Part shown: piece by piece, positions 54,488 to 64,000 of the stretch
How positions within the stretch are numbered: the first letter of the stretch is position 1
How the letters are laid out: every line of letters begins with the position of its first letter
Assembly: GCA_963813715.1 (NCBI GenBank)
Contig: CAWFAK010000005.1
Location: 800,001 to 864,000 of the forward strand
Origin: an uncultured Planctomycetaceae bacterium
GTDB taxonomy: Bacteria; Planctomycetota; Planctomycetia; Planctomycetales; Planctomycetaceae
DNA: 64,000 nt
Direction: 5' to 3'
Program-made: the position numbers and the translations under genes
The notes under the pieces: generated by a model
Database searches by the model: none
Told to the model about the DNA's origin: nothing
Seen by the model: only the letters and a program-made list of their open reading frames with translations

Positions 54488-55552
54488 ATGCAATCCGTGC
54501 CGAGTGTGAATTCGCCTCCGCGTTCCCTGAAAGGCCGGCTCCGCCAACTGGTCGAGGACGCTCGCTGCGCGGGGCGGCTGGCGCGGGGCATGGTGCGTTA
54601 TTCGCGCACCGGAACGACGCCGTCCGACGCTTATCACAGTCTGATTCATCTGCACTGCCGCACGAATGGCCGCTCGAACGACTGGCTGCACGCGCTGGCC
54701 CGCCGCCAATTTCCGCCCGCCCCCTTGCCGCCCGCCCACGGCGTACTGGGCGACTTTAGTGCGGCCGACGTCGAACGCACCGCGGCGGAAATTCGCGAGA
54801 ACGGCTACATTCGCCCCGGCGCGCAGCTATCGGCCGACGTCTGTCAGCGTCTGACCGAGTTTTCGCTGCGGACGGAAGCCCTGCTCGCCCCGCCGCGGCC
54901 GGAAGGCCCCGCCCGCGCCGTTTACGATCCGGCCCGGCCGATTGCCGAGGGCTATCGGTTCGATGAAACGAGTCTGATCCAGCAGCCCGACATCCAGGCG
55001 CTGATGGCCGATCCGTCGCTGCTGACCGTGGCGCAAGCCTATCTGGGTTGTTTGCCCGTGCTGAGTTCGGTGTTCATGCTTTGGAGCACGCCGGCGCGGT
55101 TGGCGGACAACGCTCGCGAGGAACTCGCGCAGATGTATCACTTCGACATGGATCGGTTGAAGTGGCTGAAGTTCTTTTTCTATCTGACCGAGGTGACGTC
55201 GGACCGCGGACCGCATTGCTTCATCGCGAAGACGCATCGGCCGGGACGCCAGTTGCCCTCGCTTTTGTCGCGCGGGTACGTCCGTTATCCGGACCAGGAG
55301 CTCGAGCCCTACTATCCGGCGGCCGACCGCATCGAGCTGACGGGTCCGGCGGGGACTCTGTTTGCCGTCGATACGCGGGGCTACCACAAGGGGATTACGC
55401 CCCGCACAGGCGACCGGCTGATGTTGCAGATGGAGTTCTGCGACACACTGTTCGGCGCGCCGTACACGCGTCCGCCCTTCCCGGCGGAATGCATCCCGGA
55501 GTTGGCAGCGCGGCGCCGCGACGTCCCCCGCGTCTATTCACGCTACCAGTAG
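54488..55552 (+). CDS. phytanoyl-CoA dioxygenase (PhyH)-like Fe(II)/2OG enzyme
   Basis: 'QMYHFD' (HxD), 'LKFFFYLTEV...GPH', 'G.AGT....DT.G.HKG', 'RL'. Confidence 0.82.
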   Translation: MQSVPSVNSPPRSLKGRLRQLVEDARCAGRLARGMVRYSRTGTTPSDAYHSLIHLHCRTNGRSNDWLHALARRQFPPAPLPPAHGVLGDFSAADVERTAAEIRENGYIRPGAQLSADVCQRLTEFSLRTEALLAPPRPEGPARAVYDPARPIAEGYRFDETSLIQQPDIQALMADPSLLTVAQAYLGCLPVLSSVFMLWSTPARLADNAREELAQMYHFDMDRLKWLKFFFYLTEVTSDRGPHCFIAKTHRPGRQLPSLLSRGYVRYPDQELEPYYPAADRIELTGPAGTLFAVDTRGYHKGITPRTGDRLMLQMEFCDTLFGAPYTRPPFPAECIPELAARRRDVPRVYSRYQ

Positions 55553-55571
55553 AAGAGCCGCGGCGTTGCAG

Positions 55572-58269
55572 TCACGGGCGATTCATCATCTCGATGGCCG
55601 CCGCCAGACCTGCCCAGTAATTCGACTCGTCGATCGCAAAATAGCCGCCGGCATAGACCGACGAGCCCTCGACGATTCCTGATGTGACTGCGGGAGGGGG
55701 CGTGGGTGACGATTGGCGCGACGCCGGCGCGGAGGAGTGCCCGCCCGTGGCCGTCGGGGCTACTTTCGTCACTTTGAGCGCGATCGACGACGACGAACTG
55801 CTCAAGTTGTCGACCAGGTCTTTGGCGGTCAGCTTGATCGACGCCGCCCCCACGTACTTGGCCGTGGGCGTGTAGGTGAGTCCGTCGAGCGCGGTCATCA
55901 GGCTGCTGAGCGACCCGACGATGGTCATCGAGGCTTTGTTGTTGCCGCCGGACACAAACGACACGTTGGCCGTTGTCGCCAGGCTGAGAGTTCCATGAGC
56001 CGGCCGACAGCACCAGCTGCATGTTGCTCCCCCCCGAGGCACCGGAATCGATCAGACTGATCGCGTTTCCGATGGCGGACGAGAAGACCAGCGAGCTGTT
56101 CTCACTGAGCGTCGACGAGCCGGGGACCGAGAACGCAGGCGGCCCGTTTACGGTGACGTTGACGGTCGCCGACCCGGTGAGCTGATTGCCGACGTCCTTC
56201 AGCAGCAGGGTGAAGGCTGTTGCCCCGACGTAGCCGGACGTGGGCGTGAAAACCAGCCCATTGAGCGCCGTATTGAGCTTTGCCAGCGTGCCCGAGACGG
56301 TGACTGCTGCCGAGTTGTTGGCCCCCGAAAGGACTTTGAGCCCGCTCATCGTGGAAAACTTGACCTTGCCGTGCGTCGCCGTGATGGTCAACTGCTCGGC
56401 ACTCGTGCCGGCCGCCACGTCAGCCACGGTGATCGGATCCCCCTTGGCCGCCGAGAACGTGAGCGTCGTGTTTCTGTTCACCGCGGCCGATGCCGGGGCG
56501 CTCACCGTCGGCGGGTGATTCACCGTGATCGCGACGGAGTGCGAGGCCGAGAGGCTGTCGCCGGGATCGCTGAGCGAAATTGCCAACGAATCGGCTCCGC
56601 TATACCCGGAGTTTGGCGCGTAGACGAGCCCGCTGACTGCGCCGTTCAAGTTGCTAAGCGTGCCGCTGACCGTGATCGAGGACGAGTCATTCGCCCCGGA
56701 CGTGATCGTCAGCCCGCTGAGCGAGGCCAAAGTCAGCGTGCCATCACTTGCCGAGAGCGTGAGCGAATCGCTGCCGGTCCCCGCCTGGGCATCGGTCAGG
56801 CTGATCGCGTCGTTGCCGGCCGACGAGAACGTGATCGATCCGTTCTCCGTGACCGTGGTCGACACCGGCCCGCTGATGCTGGGAGGCGTTGGGGGCGGCG
56901 GCTGCGACGTCCCGTACCCGGCCAGTGCGGGAACCAGCAGATTGGCGATCGGCGTGCCGAGGCCGGTGACCAGGTCGTAGCCGGGTCCCGCGTTGTACGT
57001 GCCGTTGCCACCAGTCGTCACGTCGTGGAAGTCGGAGGCGGACAGGTTGTAGAGCGCGGGGAGCGTTTGCGAGGGGCCGTCGAGGGTTCCCTCGCCCTGG
57101 AGCGCGCGGCCCTGATCGGCGATCGCCACCAGTCCCGCGAACATCGGGCTGGCAAGGCTGGTGCCGCCGACCTGGAACCAGCCGCCGGAGAACGAGTCGA
57201 GCACGTACACGCCCGTGTTGGGGTCGGCGTCCATCGCGACGTCCGGAACGGTCCGATGCGTCGTGCTGAGGCCGTTGACTTTGCCGACCTGGTAGCTGGG
57301 CTGCGATTCGAGCTGGCTGATGCCGCCGCCCGTGTCGGACCAGGCGCTTTCGCCCAGGTAATCTCCGCTCGAATCGATCGAGAGCGAGGTGCCGCCCACC
57401 GCGACGACATTGGGAGACAGGGCCGGATAGTCGGCCGGCGTCCCGTCGTCGCCGGTGCTGGCGGTGAACGTCACCCCCTGGTGTCCCGCGGGAGTGGTGA
57501 AAACCGAGTCGATGCTCTGCTCGCCGGAGAACTCGCCGCCGCCCCAGCTCATCGAGACGACCGACACGCCCGTCGTGTCGGCGGCCGTGCTCACCGCGGT
57601 CAGCAAGTCGTTGTACGAATTCGAGTTGGCCTCGAAGAGGATGATGTTCGCTTGGGGCGCGATCGAATGGGCCCACTCGACGTCGAGCGATTCTTCGATG
57701 TCCCAACCGTCGGTGCTGGAGTTTGCGGGCAGCGAGGTGCCGCCGTTCTCGTTGACAACTTTGAATGTCGGGCCGCCACTGACGTTGAACTGCTGCAAGC
57801 CGAACTGGGTATTGAACGTGCCGGCATCGGTGACGATGTCCGGATCGTTGTAAGCGTCGACGATGGCAATCGTCTGGCCCGCGCCGTTGCCGGTCACGCC
57901 GCCGAACGAAATCTGGTTGACCCCGTAGGCCTGCTGCATCTGGGCCGGGTCAATCGGACCCGAGTTGGCGGGCGTCACGTTGGGCGACGCGCCGTGGCTG
58001 GAGCCGGAGGCGATGTTGGCCCGCCCTTCCAGCACGTAGCTGGGGGTAGCGAACGAGGCACTCAGCAGCAGGCGGTCCTCGAGGGACTCAAATGCCCCCG
58101 CAAAGGCCACCTGCTGCCAGACGCCGGCAGCCCCAGGCCGCCGACGAGCACCCCGGTTCCCGCTGCGCGAGCCATGCGACCCTGCGTTTGGTTCGGGATT
58201 TGCGGATCGGGCTGACGTTCTCGATCGCAGATTCGCTAGTGCGCCGGCAATCCCGTTGGAGAGCACCAT
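55572..58269 (-). CDS. extracellular S53 (sedolisin-like) peptidase with planctomycete N-terminal signature and cadherin/Ig-like repeats (frameshift near 56000)
   Basis: 'FESLEDRLLLS'; 'GAGQTIAIVDAY', 'EESLDVEW', 'STGDDG', 'VPDV', 'GGTSLASP', 'GYDLVTGLGTP'; three repeats ending '(L)NxAxxGLx(Y/F)xP..Y.G'. Confidence 0.88.
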
Positions 58270-58623
58270 GCAGCCACTCCTCGTGCAGAGTCGGAAGCGT
58301 CGCCTCTGCAAGCCTAGGTCATGCCACGGGTGCGGCAATTCACGAGATGTGGGAAAAGCGGGTCTTACGCCGTTGTATTTCGGCAACGTTGGTCCGGGTA
58401 TTTCGGCTTGTTTGGGTAGTCCGGAGCGTTCGGAGCAATCGGATTTTTCCAGGACGCTCGTCATAGACGGCCTTGTCCCAACTCGTGTTTTTCATTAAGT
58501 TTCCCGCCCGCAGCCGCGGTCCCCGACGTCCCACACGCCGCGGCCAAACCCTTCGAGACCCACCCCCTCCTCTCCTTTTCCAGAGACCTTCTCGCAGTCG
58601 ATTCGTCAGGCAAGGAAGCCGAC

Positions 58624-60930
58624 ATGGGACGGTGCACCGTCATCCGATGGGCATTCGCGGCCGGCGTATTTTGTTGTTGCGGTTGTTCAGCGCCGAATAG
58701 CTTCAGCCCGGTGGGCTGGATGTCAGGGTCTTCGAGCGCGCCGGCGACCGCTGCCTCAAAGGATCAGCCCAACCCGCTCAAGCCGACCGACGCGTCCGGG
58801 TCGCCTGCGGCCGCGGCCGTGGCGTCGACTGGCGGTTCGCCTGCCGCGACGACCTCGTCCGACGGTGACAAGTCGGCTTCCGCCGGAGGCAGCAACGGAT
58901 ACAAGACCGCGGCCATCGATCCGGCCCTGCGCAAACTGATGATGGACGAGCTTGCCTACGAGCCGGCCGACAAGCGGCAGGCGATGTTCGACCAATGGGC
59001 CAAGTTCGATCCGGCCTTCATTCGCGAACTCGTCGAAAACCATCGCATGGCCCGCGACGTGGCCGACAGCCACAAGAGCGGAGCCGGCAGCGGCGACTGG
59101 GGTGGCGGTGCTCCGGTTAAGACTGCCTCCAACGACAAGGCTCCCGGCGGCGGCGGTGTTCGACGACGCGTCGCTCCCCAAAGATTCGGTGCTGCGTGAA
59201 CGGACGGCCAATGCCGCTCCCACTCCGCCGGCAGCGCCGGCCTCGGCGGGAGTCAGCCCGTGGGACGATCCTCCCAGCAAGTTGCCGCAAGGCCGGTTGA
59301 CGGGAGCGATGACTCCGCCGGCCACGCTGCCGCAAGCTCCGACCGGATCGGTTGCGGGCGGTCAGTCTGCCGGCGCAACGACGCCGCCTCCCGCGCCGCC
59401 AGCGTCTAAGGCCGATCTGTGGGACACCGACAGCGCTCCACGCGCTCCGTCGGCCGGCACTCAAACCTCCAACAATCAAACGTCTGCCGATCGCTCGTTG
59501 CTTGCTCCGGGCATGCTGCCATCCGCCCCTCAGAAGAGCATCGCGGCGACAACGCCTGCTCCGCCGAACGCGGCACTCGCGGCTTCGCCCGCCACTGCCG
59601 GCTCTTCGTCGACGCCCAAGGCTGATGCGTTCGCCGGACTGCCCTCGATGGATACCGATTCGTTCGGGCAAGCTCCGCATGCTCCGGCCGCTGCGACGGA
59701 CAAGTCCAAGGTCGCGGCGACGTCGAGCCCGGCCCCTGCTGCAGCGCCGGCCGTGCCGAACCCATTTGCTGACCCCGTCCCCACTCCACCGAGTGCACCT
59801 CCTGCTGCCAATGTTGCGGGAATGCCGCCGGCGAGCCGCAGTGGGCAGGGCGTCGTCACTCAAGTTGGCGGAGCGGCACCGCTCGACGCCGGCGTAGGCC
59901 TGGCCGCGGCAACGACCACTGCCGCCGCGCCACCACAAACCAACGGATTCGATGTCGAGCAGCCGGTGAAGCTCAGCCCGCCGGTCGACGTTCCGGACGG
60001 GCAGGTGGTCGCCGCGTCCGACTCGGCGCCGACGGTGCGCGTGCGTCGCAGGTTTCGGCGACAGGCTCGACGACACCTGCTGCCCCCGCTGCGACGACGA
60101 CGGTTCCTCCCGACAAACAACAATCCACCCTGGCCAGCCTGCCGAGCCGATTGCTGGGAGCGATCAACCCGCTGCCCGGCGGGAACGGCTCGCGTAACGT
60201 GTCGCTGCCGGCCAACTGGCACGACGAGTTGCAAAAGATCGTGACCGTCGCCGCCACCGAGGCCGGTCAAACGTCCGTGGGCAGCTCGGACGCGGAAAAA
60301 CTCGCCTACATTCAGAAGCAGGTCAACCTGCGGATGCTCTATCTGCTCTCCGGCCAGCCGACACGTTCGCTCGAGCCGATCGCCGGCCTCGATCCGGCCG
60401 ACCAGGAATTCTGGCAGGAAGTCTTTTGGGGCATGTCGAGCTACTTCGACCGCAACACCATTGCCGATCCGCGTGACCGGGCCACGCAGACCATCGCTCA
60501 GCTGCGGGCCGCAGTGCACAAGCTGCAGGAGAAGTCGAAGCTCGAGCTGCGGAACGTGGCGTTCTGCAACAAGATCGTCAATTTCGGCAGCTACGAGCGG
60601 TTTAAACGCGACGAGTTCACGGCCGGCCAGCCGGTGCTGCTCTATGCCGAAGTCGAGAACTTCAAGAGCGAGCCGACGTCCGACGGCCCGTATCGTGCCA
60701 TGCTCAAGTCCACGATCGAAATCTTCGACGCCCGCGGCACACTGGTGCAGACCATGCCCTTCCCGGCTAACGAGGATCTCTGCGCCAGCCCGCGCCGCGA
60801 CTATTACAACAGCTACGAGTTCTCGATCCCGCAGGGAATCGCGCTCGGCCCGCATCAGCTCAAGCTGACAGTTGAGGACCAGCTGAGCCAGAAGGTGGCC
60901 TCTTATACGGTCAACTTCACGGTCAAATAG
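58624..60930 (+). CDS. planctomycete lipoprotein with long Pro/Ala linker and conserved C-terminal domain (frameshifted)
   Basis: Lipobox-like 'FCCCGC'; fragments 58624..59199, 58952..60244, 60151..60930 ('LELRNVAFC..I.NFGSY', 'VLLYAEVENF'). Confidence 0.7.
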
Positions 60931-60966
60931 TCCAATGTCCAAGGCCTAAAGTCCGTGCTCTTCGTT

Positions 60967-61001
60967 CCGGGGCTTCCGCTCCGCGGATGCCCCGGGCACC
61001 C
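60967..61001. repeat. GC-rich REP-like palindrome / hairpin
   Basis: ccggggc-t-tccgc tcc gcgga-t-gccccgg followed by gcaccc; single copy seen. Confidence 0.45.
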
Positions 61002-61219
61002 GGCGTGGACTCCCCTCAATCCGGCCACTTTTGGCTGACGCGAACCCGCGGTTCAATCGCCTTGTCTCTCCGCCGAGCCGTCCGCTCGTCGCCGGTTGCC
61101 GAATCGGGATTGTGATTCGCCGGGCCGGGACGGAGAATTAGACGGGTGCCGCGCCGTCGAAGGACAAATGGCCTGCGCCGTGGCGCCCTCCCCTGGCCCC
61201 GCAGCCGAGGTGATCCCCG

Positions 61220-63297
61220 ATGTCCGGATCGCAACTCGAAGTGCTCAAGAGCGCCTGCCCGCTCGACTGTCCCGACAGCTGCAGTCTCGACGTAACGGTT
61301 CGCGATGGGCGCGTGGCTGCCCTCGACGGAAATCACGCCAACCCGATCACGGCCGGCTTCATTTGCGGCAAGGTCCGGCACTTTCACGAACTGATGTACG
61401 GGCCCGACCGCGTGCTCTATCCGGCCGTCCGCTCCGGACCCAAAGGGAGCGGCGAATTCCGGCGCGTGAGCTGGGACGAAGCGCTCGAGCGGATCGTGAG
61501 CCGGCTGAGCGAAATCCGCGACCAATTCGGCGGCGAGGCGATTCTGCCCTACTGCTACGGCGGCTCCAATGGCTGGCTGACGCAAAACGGCCTGGATGCC
61601 CGCTTCTTCCATCGACTGGGCGCGTCGCGACTGGCCCGCACGCTGTGCGCCATGCCCGCTTCGACGGCGGTGCGCCGGACTCTACGGGACGGATGCCGGG
61701 CGTCGCTTTCGAGGATTATCCGGCCGCACGTCTGATCGTGCTGTGGGGCGTCAATCCGGCTGCGACGGGAATTCATCTGGCGCCCTTCATCAAGCGAGGC
61801 GCAGGCCAACGGAGCGAAGATCGTCGTCGTCGATCCGCGCCGCACGCAGTTCGCGCGGCGAGGCCGATCTGCATCTGGCCTCTGCGGCCGGGAGCCGATC
61901 TGCCCGTCGCGTTGGCGATCATCCGTTGGCTGTTCGACTCGGGGCGGGCGGACCTCAAATTTCTCGAGGCCCACTCGCGAAACTGGGAAGCACTTCGCGA
62001 GCGTAGCCAGCCCTGGACGATCGGAGCGAGCCGCCGAGATCGCCGGCATCCGCAGCGACGAAATCCCGTGCCTTCGCCGAGCTGTACGCTCGATTCGCAT
62101 CCCGCCGTGATTCGCTGCGGTTGGGGAATCGAGCGGAACGTGAACGGCGGCTCGGCGATCGCGGCCGTGCTGGCGTTGCCGGCCGTCGCGGGAAAGTTCG
62201 GCGTGCAGGGTGGCGGCTTACACGATGAGCCAGGGAGCCGCCTGGGACGTCGATGCCATGGCCGGAGCCGCCGCGCCCGCGGCTCAGCGACGCGGATCAT
62301 CAACATGAATCTCTTGGGCGAAAGCCTGCGGCCCGAGTTTCAGCCGCCCATCCGGCGCCCTGTTCGTCTACAACTGCAACCCGGTGGCGACGGTCCCCGA
62401 GCAGAACAAAGTCCGCGAAGGCCTGCTGCGCGAAGACTTGTTCACGATCGTTCACGAACAGGTGATGACCGACACGGTCCCGTACGCGGATGTCGCTGCT
62501 GCCGGCGACCACGTTCCTGGAACACGCCGAGGCGCGCCGCAGTTACGGCGCGATGATCGCCGCAATTCACGAAGCCGGTCGTCGAGCCGGCCGGCGAGGC
62601 GCGCTCGAATCATTGGTTGTTCGGCGAGCTTTGCCGTCGCCTCGGGCTGACGCGGCCGGGCGATCCCGAAACCGAGGCGGAAGTCGTGCAAGCCATCGTC
62701 GCGACCTCGTCCTCCGCTGCGGAGCTGGCCGAGTCGTTTGCGCGACGGGCGAACCGAACCACCTTGCGGCATGCGGCCGGTGCAATTTGTTGACGTCTTT
62801 CCCGGCAACGCCCGACCGCCGCGTCGATCTGTGTCCCGAGTTCGCTCGATCGTCGAAACATCGAAGGGCCTCTACGCGTATCACGCGGTCGCGACACACG
62901 GAGCAATTCCCACTGACGTTGATCTCCCCCTCGACCACCCAGGCCATCTCCTCGACGCTCTATCAGCTCGTTCGCGAGTTGGTGCCGGTCGAGATTCATC
63001 CGGGCGATGCACGGGAGCGCGGCATCGCCGACGGTAATGCCGTGCGGGCGTTCAACGGATCCGGCGAAGTGCGGTGCATCGGCGAAGCTCAACGGCGACC
63101 TGCGCCCGGGACTGGCGTCGCTGCCCAAGGGGCTGTGGGCCCGCCACACGCAGAACGGCCAAACCGCTAACGCCCTCGCGCCCGACACGCTGTCCGATCT
63201 GGCAGCGGGCGCCTGCTTCAACGACACGCGCGTGCAGATCGAACGCGTGGAGGCACCGCTGGCCGCGGAATCGACCGCGGGCGGCGTCCGCCGTTAG
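61220..63297 (+). CDS. molybdopterin-dependent oxidoreductase (heavily frameshifted)
   Basis: 'SACPLDCPDSC', 'ICGKV', 'RVSWDEAL', 'LWGVNP', 'RPGAD', 'YNCNP', 'TDT..YADV', 'LPATTFLE', 'EIHP.DA..RGI', 'LSDLAAGACF'. Confidence 0.85.
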
Positions 63298-63533
63298 AGG
63301 CCGCCGTCGCTGCCATTCAGAGCCGGCCGCACCCCTGCCTTGCCGCGGGGATTCGCACCGGTCGCTCGCCGTCCCGGAAGCAGCCGAACTCCTGACCGGG
63401 CGATCGCCGCTCGTTGACTTGGATTTTTTGCACCCTTATTCTGGAACTGCTCACCACTCTCCCCATGCCCGTTGCGGTCTGCCGCGCAAATCGGCGTCGC
63501 CCGTCGGACAACTTGAGCCAAGGAAACTCGATC

Positions 63534-64000
63534 ATGCGCCGGTCGATGTATGGCCCGTTTTGCCCGTTGTTGTTGGTCGCCGCTGCCGTAGCGTGCTCTC
63601 TGGCTGGCTGCGAAGACGCCTCCAAACCCTCGGCTTCCAGCGAGCCCAAGGCCGGCGACGGAAAGACCGTCGCGACCCAGGCGACTGCGGACGCCCCTCC
63701 AGCCGGTGCGAAGGACTTCAAGCGGATCATCATCCTGGAAAACGACAACTCCCCATTCTGGGACGCGGCTCGGGCCGGCCTGCAGGATGCGGAGAGTGAG
63801 CTGAAGCTTCGGCAGCGTGGCCTGCGGGCCGTGCTGGAAATCAACAACGGTACCCCGGCCGGCCAGGTCGAGAAGCTGCAACAGTTCGGCGCCGAGTCGG
63901 ACATCGTGGGCATCGGTATCTCGGCGATGGATGCCGACAATGCGGCCGTCGCCGACGAGCTGCGGAAGCTCCAAAAGAAGGGCGTGAAGATCGTCACGGT
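63534..64000 (+). CDS. sugar ABC transporter substrate-binding lipoprotein (RbsB-like), truncated by window end
   Basis: Not in ORF track; translates MRRSMYGPFCPLLLVAAAVACSLAGC...'NSPFWDAARAG'...'GIGISAMD'...'GVKIVT'; lipobox LAGC. Confidence 0.85.
   Translation, partial: MRRSMYGPFCPLLLVAAAVACSLAGCEDASKPSASSEPKAGDGKTVATQATADAPPAGAKDFKRIIILENDNSPFWDAARAGLQDAESELKLRQRGLRAVLEINNGTPAGQVEKLQQFGAESDIVGIGISAMDADNAAVADELRKLQKKGVKIVT

Overview
GC-rich, gene-dense bacterial chromosome segment, almost certainly from a planctomycete (TIGR03000-type protein, 'ESLEDRLLLS' extracellular signature, DUF1080 protein, MoxR/VWA/NPCBM/HtrA operon). I recognise about 48 protein-coding genes and see no rRNA, tRNA, CRISPR array, integrase or transposase. 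Many unrelated genes are broken by single-base frameshifts, which points to an unpolished long-read assembly rather than real pseudogenes. Family calls come from motif recognition only; no database was searched. Most interesting: (1) a locus at 49495-54112 with a secreted His-tipped Gly/Ser/aromatic-repeat TIGR03000 protein, a strong terminator, an SdpA/DUF5819-like gene, an SdpB/HTTM membrane protein with a pseudo-receiver tail, and a TPR lipoprotein, a candidate peptide/protein maturation system; (2) an 11-gene, ~19 kb MoxR-DUF58-VWA operon (4703-23684) ending in three HtrA-like trypsin/PDZ genes, of which only one keeps the catalytic triad; (3) an ACP + AAC(3)-like acyltransferase + DUF4910 cassette (1-2143). 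The rest is housekeeping or envelope related (uppP, pepT, purA, cinA, floA, amino-sugar/methyltransferase cluster, S53 and C1 peptidases, molybdopterin oxidoreductase, sugar-binding lipoprotein).
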